Part shown: positions 50,190-62,431 of the stretch, in pieces
Layout of the letters: every line of letters begins with the position of its first letter
How positions within the stretch are numbered: the first letter of the stretch is position 1
Assembly (NCBI GenBank): GCA_043228905.1
Contig: JBHGNT010000004.1
Coordinates: forward strand, 16,864,001 to 16,928,000
Length of the DNA stretch: 64,000 nt
Direction of reading: 5' to 3'
DNA from: Azolla caroliniana
Lineage: Eukaryota; Plantae; Polypodiophyta
Notes under the pieces: generated by a model
The model's database searches: none
Told to the model about the DNA's origin: nothing
Seen by the model: the letters and a program-made list of their open reading frames with translations, nothing else
Program-made: the position numbers and the translations under genes

Positions 50190-53100
50190 CAAGCTCAACA
50201 TTGACTGTGTAACACAATGCGTAAACCAGTGCGTAGAGTGGGTGCATAAAACAATACGCATAACGTGGTTGTATCGGTGCGTAAACCGAAAGGCCGTTAG
50301 TATGGTATTCCTCGTAAGGAATAATTTTGGGAGTTAGTGTAGGAGGCTCATTTATGAGCAGTGAAGTACGGTCAATACATGTATTAGCCTGATAGTCAGG
50401 GCTTGTATAAAAGGTGCTCACTGAGCACGAAGTATGTACAGAGTGTCATTATTTTGAAATTCAACTGAGTTGTCTGCTCTCTGTCTCTATTTGTCTCTCC
50501 ATCTCCATCTCTGGTTTTCTGTGTTTTACCAAACTGTCGTTCTCCAAACTGTGTACTCTTTGTTTCACATACGCTTCCACACATGTATTCTTCTACATGG
50601 TATCAGAGCACGAGGGTAAAGTCCTCTGCAACTGACAGAGACATAGTTGAGTTGTTATTCTTGGTTTTTGGAAAAGATAAGACAACAACATGGATAGAGG
50701 AATGGGAAGCTCGCTACCGACTGAGAAGCTCGACAGGAGCAACTACGCAACTTGGTCGTACAAGATGCACCAGAACCTGCTTGGTCATGGGTACTGGAGT
50801 TATGTCGAAGGAGCTAATGATACAACACCCAAATCGACACACAGGGATTTTTCGGCTTGGGAACAAGTAGCAAGCAAAGTTCTCTACTGCATTGCGTCCT
50901 GTGTGAGCAACCAGCTATTGAGCCATATTCGGGATGCCAAGACGCCAAAGGACACATGGGCGAATCTCAAGAAGATTTTTGCCGCTAGCACCACAACCAA
51001 GAAGCTTCAACTCAGGCAGGAGTTGAGCAATGTTCGACAACGAGATATGTCGGTGGCTGATTACACCTCCAAGATCAAAGAAATCTGCGACTCTCTCACC
51101 TCCTTCAATATGAATGTCGAGGAAGATGAGATGGTGCAGGTTTGTCTTGGTGGGTTAGCGTCAAAGTTTTGAGCGTTCCAAATGGCGGTCTGTACAAGGG
51201 AGAATACGCCTATGTTCTTCGAGCTTCAGTCAATGTTGCTCGTGGAGGAAAATCACGCGGGTGCGTAGACAAGTATGCACGCCGACGGCAAGATGATGTA
51301 CACAGAGGGAGATAGGCCCCGTGGTCGTGGTGGATGAGGTGGATCAGCGCATAATGGAGGTGGCCGAAAAGAGCTGAATGGACGGCATAATCGAAATGTC
51401 GAGAACATTTCTAAAACTCCTGGAAGTAGGGGGAGTCATGGCGGCGCCGGAAGCTAGCAAGAGAAGGCCGCGATAGAATGTTGGTAATATGGCAAGAAAG
51501 GCCACAAGGAGAGCGAGTACTGGAAAAAGAAAGCCGACTCAAACAAAGCCGGATGGAGCGGAAGAGACGTAGGAAGGCGTCAAAATTCGCACTACGTTAA
51601 GGGCTCTGAACGAGCCGGAAATGGATCGGGTCCTGCCATCGTAATGAAGCACAAGGCCAATTCAATGGCCGTGAACACCTCGAAATCGAATAAGGTGTGT
51701 TATGTTGATTCCGGAGCGTCAAATCATATGACGAGTCACGAGGAATGGTTCTCATACTTTCAGAAGCCGGAAAAGCAAGGGGCAGTCGAACTGGGAGATG
51801 ACACCCCGCATACCATCAAATATGTCGGTGAAGTTCCCCTCAGCCATGTCGGGCAGAAAGGGAAACACTTGAACGTGCTACACGTCCCGACAATAACGAA
51901 GAACCTAGTGTCGGTCGGACAGATCGTCGACCAAGGGATGCAGGTTCGATTCACGCATCTAGGGTGCTTCATAAAAGAGGAAGGCAAAGTAATCGTGTAA
52001 GGGCGCCGTGAAGGGATGATGTTTATCCTCGAAACCAACAGTGTGAACACCACTATGTTTGCAAAAGGGCAAAAGGTCGAGTCGGACATCGACCTCTGGC
52101 ATAAGCGGTTCGGCCATATTAACTTCCTGCGACTTCGTTAAGTGCAAACGAAGAACATTGTGTTTGGCTTGCCGAAATTTTGAGGCCAGAATGGCCAAGT
52201 TTACGAAGCTTGCCAGATGGGAAAACAACACCGACTTCCATGATTCCCCAATGAGCGTAATCGTAGTCAAAATCCGTTGGATTTGATCCATTCAGATGTG
52301 TGGGGTCTGGCACAGAACGTGAGTCTCAGTGGAAGCCGTTACTTTGTAACCTTCATTGACGACTTCACTCGGCACACATGGGTATGCACGATCGCGAAGA
52401 AGAGTGAAGTCTTCACATGTTTCCTGAAGGTGAAGAGCCTTGCGAAAAGGGAAACAGGGCGTAAGATCAAATGCCTACGGTCTGATGGCGGGAAGGAGTA
52501 TTTCTTCGACCAATTCACAAGTTATCTACAAAAGGAGGGAATTCAACGAGAATTCTCGTGTAGATACACGCTGTAGCAAAACGACATGGCCGAGCGGAAG
52601 AATCGCACAATCAAAGACGTGGCCAGGGCAATGCTTGAAGAGAAGCATATGCCGAAATTCTATTGGACTGAAGCCGTGAGGACGGCTATCTACCTGTAGA
52701 ATCGAACTTCTGCTAATGGAGGAGTGTCGCCACATGAATTGCATTTCGGGAAGAAGCCGAACTTCGCACACTTGAGGATTTTCGGTAGCATTGCATATGT
52801 GCATGTGCCGAAGGAAAAGAGAAGGACATTGGATGCCAAAGCCGAAAAGTGCATCTTAGTCGGCTATCCAAATGAGTTGAAGGGGTATAAGTGTTATAAC
52901 CCCCGAACAAAGGAAGTGCGCGTAAGTTGAGATGCCGTGTTCGACGAGTCCGCTTCGTGGTACTTGCCTTCCCCTCCAGTACCTCATGACTCCATTCCGA
53001 ATTCTGAAAAAGAAGTCAGCGAGGCTGAGATGCCTCCCCATGATGAGGAAATGGAACTCTAAGAGAGAGTCCGATCTCATTTCGGCCAAGTGGGCCGAAT

Positions 53101-53193
53101 GAAGGGTTGAGCCGAATTGACCGACCTATTGAAGAGACGGCGAGTAGTGAAGACTCAGTTGTGATGCCCCCGCGTAAAGAACCGAGGAGACGG

Positions 53194-53650
53194 TGTTGTC
53201 CAGAGGACAGAAATGTAAAATTAGGAAATTAGCAAACGCTGAGTCCGAGTATCACGGGCCACCGACGGCTCGGCTGTGTATTAGGGGAAAAGTTATTTAA
53301 ACGAGGACCAGTACCTCAGAGTGGGGAGATAAGAAAAATATAGGCGGAAGCACTAGCTTAATCCTTCGTAATTAGATAAACTTGTAAGGTCACCGGCCAT
53401 AGGCCGTGTTCTGTAATCTTTGCTGTCATAGTAATATATCTGATTTGTGCCCATTTTGCTGTATGAGTCTGTGCTTTGATCCATACCTATGAGTTCAACG
53501 TCGCCCACGTCTATCAAGACCTCGCTAGTGTTTTCTGTTTGAGCCTTGTATCTCTCTCGACGCCTCTGTTACGAGCCTTCACGTACCACACCCTTGAAGA
53601 CCGATAGCCACAGATCTATCGAAGGTGTTCACCCAAAGGAACGGGTAACA
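53194..53650 (+). repeat. 5' LTR of the Gypsy element
   Basis: About 97.5% identical to 61400-61856, with TG..CA ends. Confidence 0.95.
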
Positions 53651-53793
53651 CAATTTGGCACGCCCGGTTACATCTGTGAGTGTACAGCGAACTTCGTTGA
53701 AGGTAACCAACAGCCGCTGTTACGGCGCCCTCTCGCACCACGAGGTCTCGGCCACCCGCCCGACGCCCTGAGCCAGTCGAAGGAACTTCCGAC

Positions 53794-55530
53794 TTGGCGG
53801 TTACTGACCAATCCTTTCCCAATCAATCGGAGGCTTGTCCAGTGCAATCCTCGCCACCGGACACTCGATCGCGAGTTGATTCACCACCAAAACCCCCGTC
53901 GAGCCCTCCAGAGGTCAATCAACTGGAACTAAACCCTTTTCCGGTGCTACCAGAAGACCCACAGTACGACATCATGTCGTACCCATACCCACGATACAAC
54001 GACGGACCAGACGCGGAGTCACACGTCCGTGCCTTCATATCCACGTGGCAGGCTAACCACTCCACGCACCGCCTCACGCCGGCCGAAATCGATGCCTCGA
54101 AGATTGCCGAGTTCACACTCTCCCTCGATGGACCGGCCGCACGATGGTACTCTCGCCTCGAAATAGGAGAGGCCACCACTTTCCAAATCGTGCGCACAAA
54201 GTTCCTTGAACTTTTTCATCGCGAGGTGCCTAAATGGGAACTGCTCCGGCAATTCTTCTCTATATGCCAGGAACCGCACGAAACGGTCGTGCAGTTCACG
54301 ATCCGGTTCCAGGATCTCTATAGACAAGTGGCCGATGATGTCTCGGCACAACATATACCAAACACTTTCCTATCCAGTTTACGAGAGCCTCTACGAACGA
54401 CTCTCGCACTTACAAATTTCGCCAACCATACGATCGAACAAGTCATAGCGCGCGTTCTCGCCCTCGATCGGAACCGACACGGCACGGCCTTCTCGATGAC
54501 ATCCTTGCAAAACGCTCTTCCCCAAGAGGACAATCGTTTTCGCCAAGCCCTCCAATGCACTGCGTGTTCAAGATCAGGGCACCTGGCCCTCGAATGTCCC
54601 CACCGACCACAGTGTCCGATCTGTCAGTCTCGAGCTCACACGGTCGAGCAGTGCGAATATAATATGTTGAACCGCACAACGGCGGCACCGGCCCGCCAGA
54701 TAGAGCCACGAAATACATACTCTCGGCAGGACGAGCGATATGTCTACCGAGACTAGGATAATGACCAACCGCGATCCCCGGATCGACGGCGCCGAGACGA
54801 CGACTATTGACGTGATAACCGCCGTGATCATTACCGCGATGACCGGCACGACGATTATGCCCGATCTAATGACGATCACGATGACCGGTATGACCGACGG
54901 AACTCACGCATTGATCGGCGAAACGGCAACCGCAACACACGCAACAATAGAAGACCTAATGACAACCGCCGACGGGACGCTCCTCAAAATGACCAGCGCA
55001 ACTCCAACGCACCTCGGAACAACCCACCACCAAACGAGACCGAGAATCAACAACAACAGCTTTCACACACAGATCGAGCGGACACCACCAGCTCGGCCAA
55101 CGTGACATGTTTTAAATGTAATCAACCAGGCCACTACGCCACGCAATGTCCGACAACCAACCGTGGCAAGGCACCCGCGGTGAACAATATCATGGCCGAT
55201 GTTCAAACGGTCACTACCCGGAGTAAAGTGCAGACTACTCAGTGGCAAATCCAGGATGAAGTACGTCAGGCAGCAAAAGAATGGATCGACACGGCCAATA
55301 AAAATAAGGTTGTACGCATGCAAACTGACATGAGAGACGGGCCCAGTGAAGTACCACAAACCTCGGCACCATCCACGTCGTCGGAGGACGACCAGCTATG
55401 GGATGTTCTTACCAACTCCCGCATCTCGCTGCCCCTACATAAACTGCTACCCCTCATGCCGAGATTTCGGGACACCCTGGCGGCACTCCAAGCCAATACT
55501 AAGCCTGTGACGCCACCGGTACACCTCTCA
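53794..55530 (+). pseudogene. Gypsy gag with three zinc-knuckle motifs, one internal stop at 54754
   Basis: Capsid-like LDGPAARWY and QEPHETVVQF..RF. Knuckles CTACSRSGHLALEC, CPICQSRAHTVEQC and CFKCNQPGHYATQC. Confidence 0.8.
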
Positions 55531-55531
55531 C

Positions 55532-57115
55532 GTGGATCACTTGGCCCTTCTTTATTTGGTCAATAAACAAGCCCTCACCGGACGGTTGGCTCGATGGATG
55601 CTCCTACTACAAGAGTTTGATTTCCAGATTCAGCATCGACCCGGGGTACAACATGCCGTCGCCGACTACTTGAGCCGTCTTGAGTCAGGGGAACCGGCGA
55701 AAACAACGTACGACGAGCTACCGGACGCCAACCTATTTAACCTGACCACGATACCAGACGATAACGAAGATGAATGGATCACGGAGATGACCCATTTTCT
55801 CACTACCGGTGTACCTCCTGAGCACATGACCCTTGACACGAGAAAACGCCTAGCAATGTGTAGCCGGAATTTTTGCCTCGTCTCGGACATTCTCTACCAC
55901 AAAGGCTCGGACGACATATGGCGCCGAGCGATTTGGCAATTCGAGAAGAATGTCGTTCTTCAGGAAGCCCACCTGGGAGTAGCTGGGGGGCACTACGTCG
56001 GGGATTCCACGGCAAGGAAAGTTTGGCAAAGTGGATTGTGGTGGCCGACAATGAAGAAAGACGCTCACGAGTTTCGCCGGCAGTGCGATTTGTGCCAACA
56101 ACTGGGGCAACCAATGGAACAGTCACGGATGCCACACCAACCGATTCTTCTGTTGGACCCATTTCAAAAATGGGGTTTGGATTTTGCAGGCCCTTTCAAA
56201 CCACCCGCGGCCCGAACAGGGAATAGGTATATTATCGTTGCCACAGATTACTACACCAAATGGGTCGAGGCTAAGGCACTCCGAGATAACACGGCGGCAT
56301 CCACAGCTAAATTTGTGTACGAGCACCTCTGGTGCCGTTACGGATGTCCAATCGAGCTCGTTAGTGACCAAGGTGGGCACTTCATCAATCATATAATACG
56401 TGAGCTTACACACTACTACGCGGTGGTGCACAAGAAAAGCACACCATACTACCTGCAGGCGAACGGCTTGGCGGAATCGACCAATAAAATCCTCCAAACC
56501 ATACTGAAGAAGATCGTCAATGAAAACAGGACCGACTGGGATGACAAACTCCAGAGCGCGTTGTGGGCGTATCGTACGACTTTCAAAACAAGCATCCAAT
56601 CGACCCCCTTTCGAATGGCGTTCGGGTTAGAAGCCGTAATGCCCGTCGAGTTCCAAGTCCCGAGCCTCCGAGTTCAAGTCAAAGCACGGCTCCCCGAGGC
56701 CCAATCCAAGCAATACCGGCTGGAACAACTCCTCGAACTCGGCGAAGATAGGATAGAGAGTATGGCCCAGCTCGAGCAACGCCAACGGCAACGCAAGGCT
56801 TTCGTGGATCGACATCGACACGGGCTGGAGAAGGAGCTCACCATCGGCAAACCAGTTCTTCTTTTTCAAACACGACTCGGGTCAATGCCGGGAAAATTAA
56901 GATTTCAGTGGACCGGTCCATTTTGGATTATCGACGAGTTCAACGGGACGTTCCAGCTCGACACATTTGCCGGCGACACTGTCAAAAGCTGGGCCAATGG
57001 TTTCCGACTTCGACCATATCGAGGGACTACACCAACCAACCCGTTTACCAAGCCACACGGCACAAACAAGTTTTGGGAGGCCACCACGGAGGAGGCCACG
57101 TGTCCACCTGAATAA
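55532..57115 (+). CDS. Gypsy RNase H C-terminus plus integrase (open frame, no chromodomain)
   Basis: DHLAL..RLARWMLLLQEFDF, HHCC zinc domain, WGLDFAGPF, SDQG, QANGLAE and WTGPF. Confidence 0.88.
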   Translation: MDHLALLYLVNKQALTGRLARWMLLLQEFDFQIQHRPGVQHAVADYLSRLESGEPAKTTYDELPDANLFNLTTIPDDNEDEWITEMTHFLTTGVPPEHMTLDTRKRLAMCSRNFCLVSDILYHKGSDDIWRRAIWQFEKNVVLQEAHLGVAGGHYVGDSTARKVWQSGLWWPTMKKDAHEFRRQCDLCQQLGQPMEQSRMPHQPILLLDPFQKWGLDFAGPFKPPAARTGNRYIIVATDYYTKWVEAKALRDNTAASTAKFVYEHLWCRYGCPIELVSDQGGHFINHIIRELTHYYAVVHKKSTPYYLQANGLAESTNKILQTILKKIVNENRTDWDDKLQSALWAYRTTFKTSIQSTPFRMAFGLEAVMPVEFQVPSLRVQVKARLPEAQSKQYRLEQLLELGEDRIESMAQLEQRQRQRKAFVDRHRHGLEKELTIGKPVLLFQTRLGSMPGKLRFQWTGPFWIIDEFNGTFQLDTFAGDTVKSWANGFRLRPYRGTTPTNPFTKPHGTNKFWEATTEEATCPPE

Positions 57116-57300
57116 GGACTCACCCACCTTCTTGAAATTAATAAAACTAGTAGTAGGTAGGATTAACCATAGTTTAGCTACACCTACACCACCCACCTAG
57201 GCACCCACAATTTTAGGAGCACCCCTCGCCACCACTCATTTAGTACCTATTTAAGCACATGCAAAGCACTAGAAGCACCCCACTCACCTTCAGGACACGT

Positions 57301-57926
57301 TGTCGAGGTATTCCTCGCGGATGCGTGGAATGAGGCAGGACCTCGGGGGTCCTGTACCGAAGAGCAAGAAAGAAAGGAGAAGAGACCCACTACGTGCGAG
57401 CGTAGATCCACAGGGACACGGCCCTTCGACACAAAGACGCGAGTGGGACAGCGACACAGAGAGACACGAATGTATGTATGTATTATCAAAGACAAAACAA
57501 CAAGAAGCCCAAAGTCGGTTACAACCGAACAGGCCGGCGAACAGATGCCGATGCCTGTTCGTAAACGCGCAGAAAGAAAGGAGTAGGTTGGAGGTGCTGC
57601 CGGAAGCACTCGGGCATTCCTCAGAGCAGCGCGAGCCTCCCGAAACCTGCACAGAAAGAAGCTATGGAGTTTGGAAGAGAGAGAAGCCTTCGGCCCACAA
57701 TCCGACAGCACTTCGTCCTCTCCTCCTTCGCCCTCCTCGTCTCCCTCCTTTTATAGGCAAGAAGGGAGCCGTTTCCTATTAACTCCCTACCTACCGAATC
57801 TACCTACCTAGGATCTTCCATGTCCCTAATTCTCTCTTATGTACAACATAAGGCGTACGTGCATGAAGAGCCGGTTCCTATGCTCCGGCGCACCGATTCC
57901 GCTTGTGGACGGTTTTCTTCACGACA
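57301..57926 (-). mobile_element. Solo-LTR-like element B (626 bp), 4-bp TSD ACGT
   Basis: acgt|TGTCG...TTCTTCACGACA|acgt. The empty site is seen in the sister Gypsy copy at 44038-44050. Confidence 0.82.
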
Positions 57927-58256
57927 ACGTGGTGCTAGTCACTTATTATGGCACCCACGACTCAGAATCTTCAGGATTCGCTTTAGGCACAAAACCCTAG
58001 GAATAAGTTACTAAAACCGTTTCCAAAATGTAGCACAGACACAGAAGTTCATTATCAATCCCCATCTCCATCACTCTCAAGCTCAGAAACCCCGTCTCGC
58101 CCTCATCACGCTAAACGCTCTTGCTCTCAAGCCCTCTTTCGCTCTCATAACCCCTCTGCTGGACTTCCCCTTCCTGCTGTTCCTCCTGTGTCTCGCCCTC
58201 GCCTCCTCACTCTTCGTCACGTTTCCACACAGTCGAACCCCGTCTCCATCTCCACC

Positions 58257-61200
58257 ATGCCTCTTACCGCTTCAACAGAAACCCACGCCTGGCTCTAGGA
58301 ACGAGGAATGGGCGGTTACCTGAAGATCATCGATGCCCCCACGCACCCAGATGCCCAAGGTGTGGCTAAACGTATAACTCCCGAAGCCATCACCAACAAC
58401 GTGCTTCGGGTTGTTTTGGACCTACAACGGGGAGGGGACCATGAGGTCGACATACCCTTGGCATCAAAGATGAAGGTGTACTTCGGTGAGTACTCAGCCT
58501 TAGGGAAGGCATATCGCACGTATGGCAGTCCCAACAAAGCTTTCGGGGAGATTGCTCGTATATTAATGGAGTATGCGTTCGTGCATACGAACCCAACGAG
58601 CATGCCGCAAAACAAGGCAGCCATCATCATCAGTGCGTATGAAGTAAATAGAATCGATTGGGGAATCATCACAGGCGAGGGACTCCGTGCCGCCTTAGCT
58701 TCATTTCAGTCCGGTAAGAAGATGTTGTCTTTTCTTACCCACTTTTTGATGGTTCTATACCCACCCTCTTCTCTTCCTTCCCCTCGCACACTCACGTCCC
58801 CACCACCACCACGAAGGCAGAGAGAGAAATTCGTTGCCATCAGCCATGAAGCATGGGAGGAGCCCACATCGCCTTCACCTCCTGCCGCCGACCAAAAGCC
58901 CGCATCTGCACCACCACCCACCCAACCCCAACAAAAAAGGGCAGTTTCCGAGACCTGCCAAGAATGGGAGGAGGAGGTAGCCGCGGAAGACAACACGGCC
59001 GATGACGTCACCATTCGACAGCCAACGTCACGCCCCTCGGTGACGTCCCCAGGACCTAGCCCACGCCCCAACACACAGCAGGTTGCACCACCACGACCCC
59101 AGAAAAGGAAGCAGGCGGAGGAAACGACACTACCGGCCCTGGAACCCCAAACACAGCCAAGCAAGAGAAGACGACTCAACCGCGAGTCCTTGGAAGAACA
59201 GAAAGAGCCACAACAAGAGCAAGCCTTAGTTGTCAGACAGAGCAACCTGGCCATCATCACTGATCTTGGAGGATGAAGTCCTCGGGTATAAGGACCTCCT
59301 CGCGGAGGCTTATGAATTTAGTGCGCTCCTACGCCTCGGTACGACATTCGAATTGGTCGACTTCCTCGTCAGAGCCCAAGTCGCGGCAGCCGCTCGAATG
59401 GCGGAGGAGCACGCCGAAACAAAAATGATTCAACGCGCGCTAATAGGTGAAATTGAGCCCAGGAGGACAGGGCTTTACAAAAAATCGGGAGGAAGAAGCA
59501 GGCAAAACATGCCGCTCTGCTCATGGAGGTCCCCGAGTTGAACACGGCCCTTATCGAGGCATATCGGGAACTGGATCGCACTACGCGGGCAGCCAAAGAC
59601 ATGGCCCAAAAGATAAAAATAGCCCAAAAACAGGCTAAGATGGCTACAGAATTATGGCACGCTGCGAACCAGAAGCTGGCAGCCTGGGAGCAAAACCGGC
59701 CGGAACAACAACTCTTGAGCCTTCCGGTCACGACCACCGAGGCCCTCCCAGCGCCTCCACACATAACAATGATGGATGAAAGCACCATCACCGACTCAAT
59801 CCTGACGGTGCAGGCCAGTACACAAACGGACTCGTTACAAATGGTCGATGCCTGCACAACAACCGAGGCGCCCACGCCCATGGAGAAGACCGAGATACCA
59901 CCACCTCGTGCACCCAAGGAGGTGGCGACCCAGACAGAACCCCCGCTCCGGGATTACCGTGCGGACCTGAAAGAAGAACAACGACGAACCGAGAGACACG
60001 AACAACGACATCAAGAGGCGATGGCTCGCCTAAAAGAAGAAGCTTCCAAGCAGATGGCCGAGATGAGAGCCCAGGCCGACCAAAGGATACACGAGCAGAA
60101 CGAAGCACTGGGCCAGGTACAAGCGCAAGCCGCGGGCAAAGAAGCCGAACTCAAAAGCAAGCTGGAGGAATACGCAGCCACAGTGGTGAAGAAAGAGAAG
60201 GAGGTTCTAGACCTACAGGCCGCGCTCGACAATGCGAAAGACTGGAACCATCGGCAGGAGGAAAGAAATCGCCAACGGGAGGAGAGGATGAACGTGGAGA
60301 ATGCCGAGCTGCAGAGTCAGCGTACGACCCTTAAAGAGATGGCTGACGAGTTTTTCATCAAATGCAAGCTACTTTCAGAGCAAAAAGACGCATTATTCGA
60401 TTCCTACTTCGCCCTACAAGAAGAGAGAATCGTCGAACGGGAACAAATCCGGGCCACGTGTCAAAAAGAACGGGAGCAGGCCACCGAAGAACTCACCAAG
60501 CATTACGAGCAGGGTCTCCAGCTCGTAACCGCGGATGCAAAGAACACTCAAGCCATCTATGAGCTAAGAACACAGAAGATTCAGGCCGAGGTCGACGGCT
60601 TAAAACAGGAATTAGCAGCCATCCGAGCACAGCCCGGCATGGGTGAGACACGCATCAGAATACTAATCGAGAAACAGCGCCAACACCTTACCAAAAAGGT
60701 CGAGGAAACATTAAGTCGCGCAGGAGACGAATGGGCAGCCCAAGCTGCCGAATTGCATATTTTACGCGTCGACGCCGAGAACCAACGGAAGGAGGGCCGC
60801 GGCTTCTACAAAATGGACGAAGCCAGCATACAAAACCTGCGTGCAGATTAAACCGAGGATTACCAGTCCTTGGCAAAATCTCACACCACGGCAATCGAGA
60901 AAATAATGGAGGACTTCAATGACGGTCAGATGTTGTTTCGCCTGGAAGCAGAAGCCTTCGAACGAGAACGACTCGCAGCCATCCCCACCAGCCCTCCAAC
61001 GGCCACAGAGCAGAAGGAAGAACCTTCCAGCAAGGAGATCACGGACACGGCACAGGAGGAACTTGCCCCAGCCAACAGACATCCCATGGACGCCCACACG
61101 GTACCAGATTCAGTCGAAGTAAAGGTCAGCGCCCTCGAACCCACACCCCCACCAGAAGAATCGGCCGCACCTGAGGCAGACGTCCAAGAAGATATGACAC

Positions 61201-61301
61201 CCCCGAACCAAACTCAACCCCCCGCACCGACAGTCCAACCAGACCACCCTGCCACCACCCCGAACCCCGAAAGCATGCTCAACATCTTAAAGGAGGAATG
61301 A
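58257..61301 (+). pseudogene. Extra 3' ORF of the Gypsy element (~1000 codons, broken by 2 frameshifts and 2 stops): globular N-domain, Pro-rich linker with NLS-like motifs, long coiled coil
   Basis: CCACCATG at 58257 is in frame with 58308-59276. The reading continues in 59230-59541, 59523-60851 and 60852-61301. Confidence 0.75.
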
Positions 61302-61399
61302 AACGAGGATCGCGCCTAAAAGGCAATTTTTGTCATATTGTTAGTATTTTGTAAGTTGTGGGTCCGACAGACAAGGTCCTGTCCCACGGGCGTGTCAGG

Positions 61400-61856
61400 T
61401 GTTGTCCAGAGGACAGAAATGTAAAATTAGGAAATTAGCAAACGCCGAGTCCGAGTATCACGGGCCACCGACGGCTTGGCTATGTATTAGGGGAAAAGTT
61501 ATTTAAACGAGGACCAGTACCTCAGAGTGGGGAGAGAAGAAAAATATAGGCGGAAGCACTAGCTTAATCCTTCGTAATTAGATAAACTTGTAAGGTCACC
61601 GGCCATAGGCCGTGTTCTATAATCTTTGCTGTCATAGTAATATATCTGATTTGTGCCCATTTTGCTGCATGAGTCTGTGCTTTGATCCATACCTATGAGT
61701 TCAACGCCGCCCACATCTATCAAGACCTCGCTAGTGTTTTCTGTTTGAGCCCTGTATCTCTCTCGACGCCTCTGTTACGAGCCTTCACGTACCACGCTCT
61801 TGAAGACCGATAGCCACAGATCTATCGAAGGTGTTCACCCAAAGGAACGGGTAACA
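61400..61856 (+). repeat. 3' LTR of the Gypsy element
   Basis: Matches 53194-53650. Confidence 0.95.
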
Positions 61857-62431
61857 AACAGTTTACGCGCAAGGAGAAAGGGAAGAAAAAGATGTCGGAA
61901 TACAATTTCAACAATGCCAAGTCAGATTGGAGCGAGTCTGTCTACGGGCAAACTGAAAAGGAACCTCCATGGAAGAGGTTAACATTAGCCGAAAAGGTTG
62001 TGAAATCAGGTAATCTCGAATTACGCCGATCTACCCGCTTGAAGAACCCCGTAAAGAGATACGGTTATAATGAGTACATGGTGCATCATTATGCGTACAT
62101 GACGCGAGTGGCGGAAGTGCGTCAGCCAAAGACCTATGCAGAAGCGGTGAAAGATGCGAATTGGCGTGCTGCGATGGATAAAGAGATGCGCGCTTTGACT
62201 GATAATAAGACTTGGGACCTAGTTGATGCACCGAAGGGTGTAAAGCCAATCGGATGTAGGTGGCTGTATAAAGTGAAGTACAATGTCAATGGCTCAGTCA
62301 ATTGATACAAGGCTTGTTTAGTTGCGAAAGGCTACGCGCAGAAGCACGACATGGACTACAACGAGACCTTCATGCCTGTCGCGAAGATGACTACCGTGCG
62401 TGTTCTGCTAGTCGTAGTTGCGGCAAAGGGG

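Larger units (their letters stand above)
44670..50337 (+). mobile_element. Putative DNA transposon (Mutator/CACTA/Helitron unresolved) with palindromic subterminal arrays and C2H2/Ulp1 cargo
   Basis: Starts after a (TA)n run. Carries GGCTCCT repeats, a 20-bp inverted pair (44810/45001), GGTCACCCAA/TTGGGTGACC arrays, telo repeats at 45651-45677 and tgcgtaaacc repeats at 50217-50290. No transposase or second end is visible. Confidence 0.5.
53194..61856 (+). mobile_element. Non-chromoviral Gypsy element with two 457-bp LTRs, internal PR-RT deletion and an extra 3' ORF
   Basis: LTRs 53194-53650 and 61400-61856 (TGTTG...TAACA, about 11 differences by eye). Degenerate TSD gacgg/aacag. PBS TGGCACGCCC at 53656. 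Confidence 0.93.

Noticed and set aside
54754-54756. Programmed stop-codon readthrough in gag
   Set aside because: Neighbouring elements carry many similar C>T-derived stops, so mutation is the simpler explanation.
53700-61300. GC-rich, ORF-dense block as a bacterial or viral insertion
   Set aside because: It is bounded by matching LTRs and encodes gag and integrase. The many short antisense ORFs are shadows of GC-rich coding frames.
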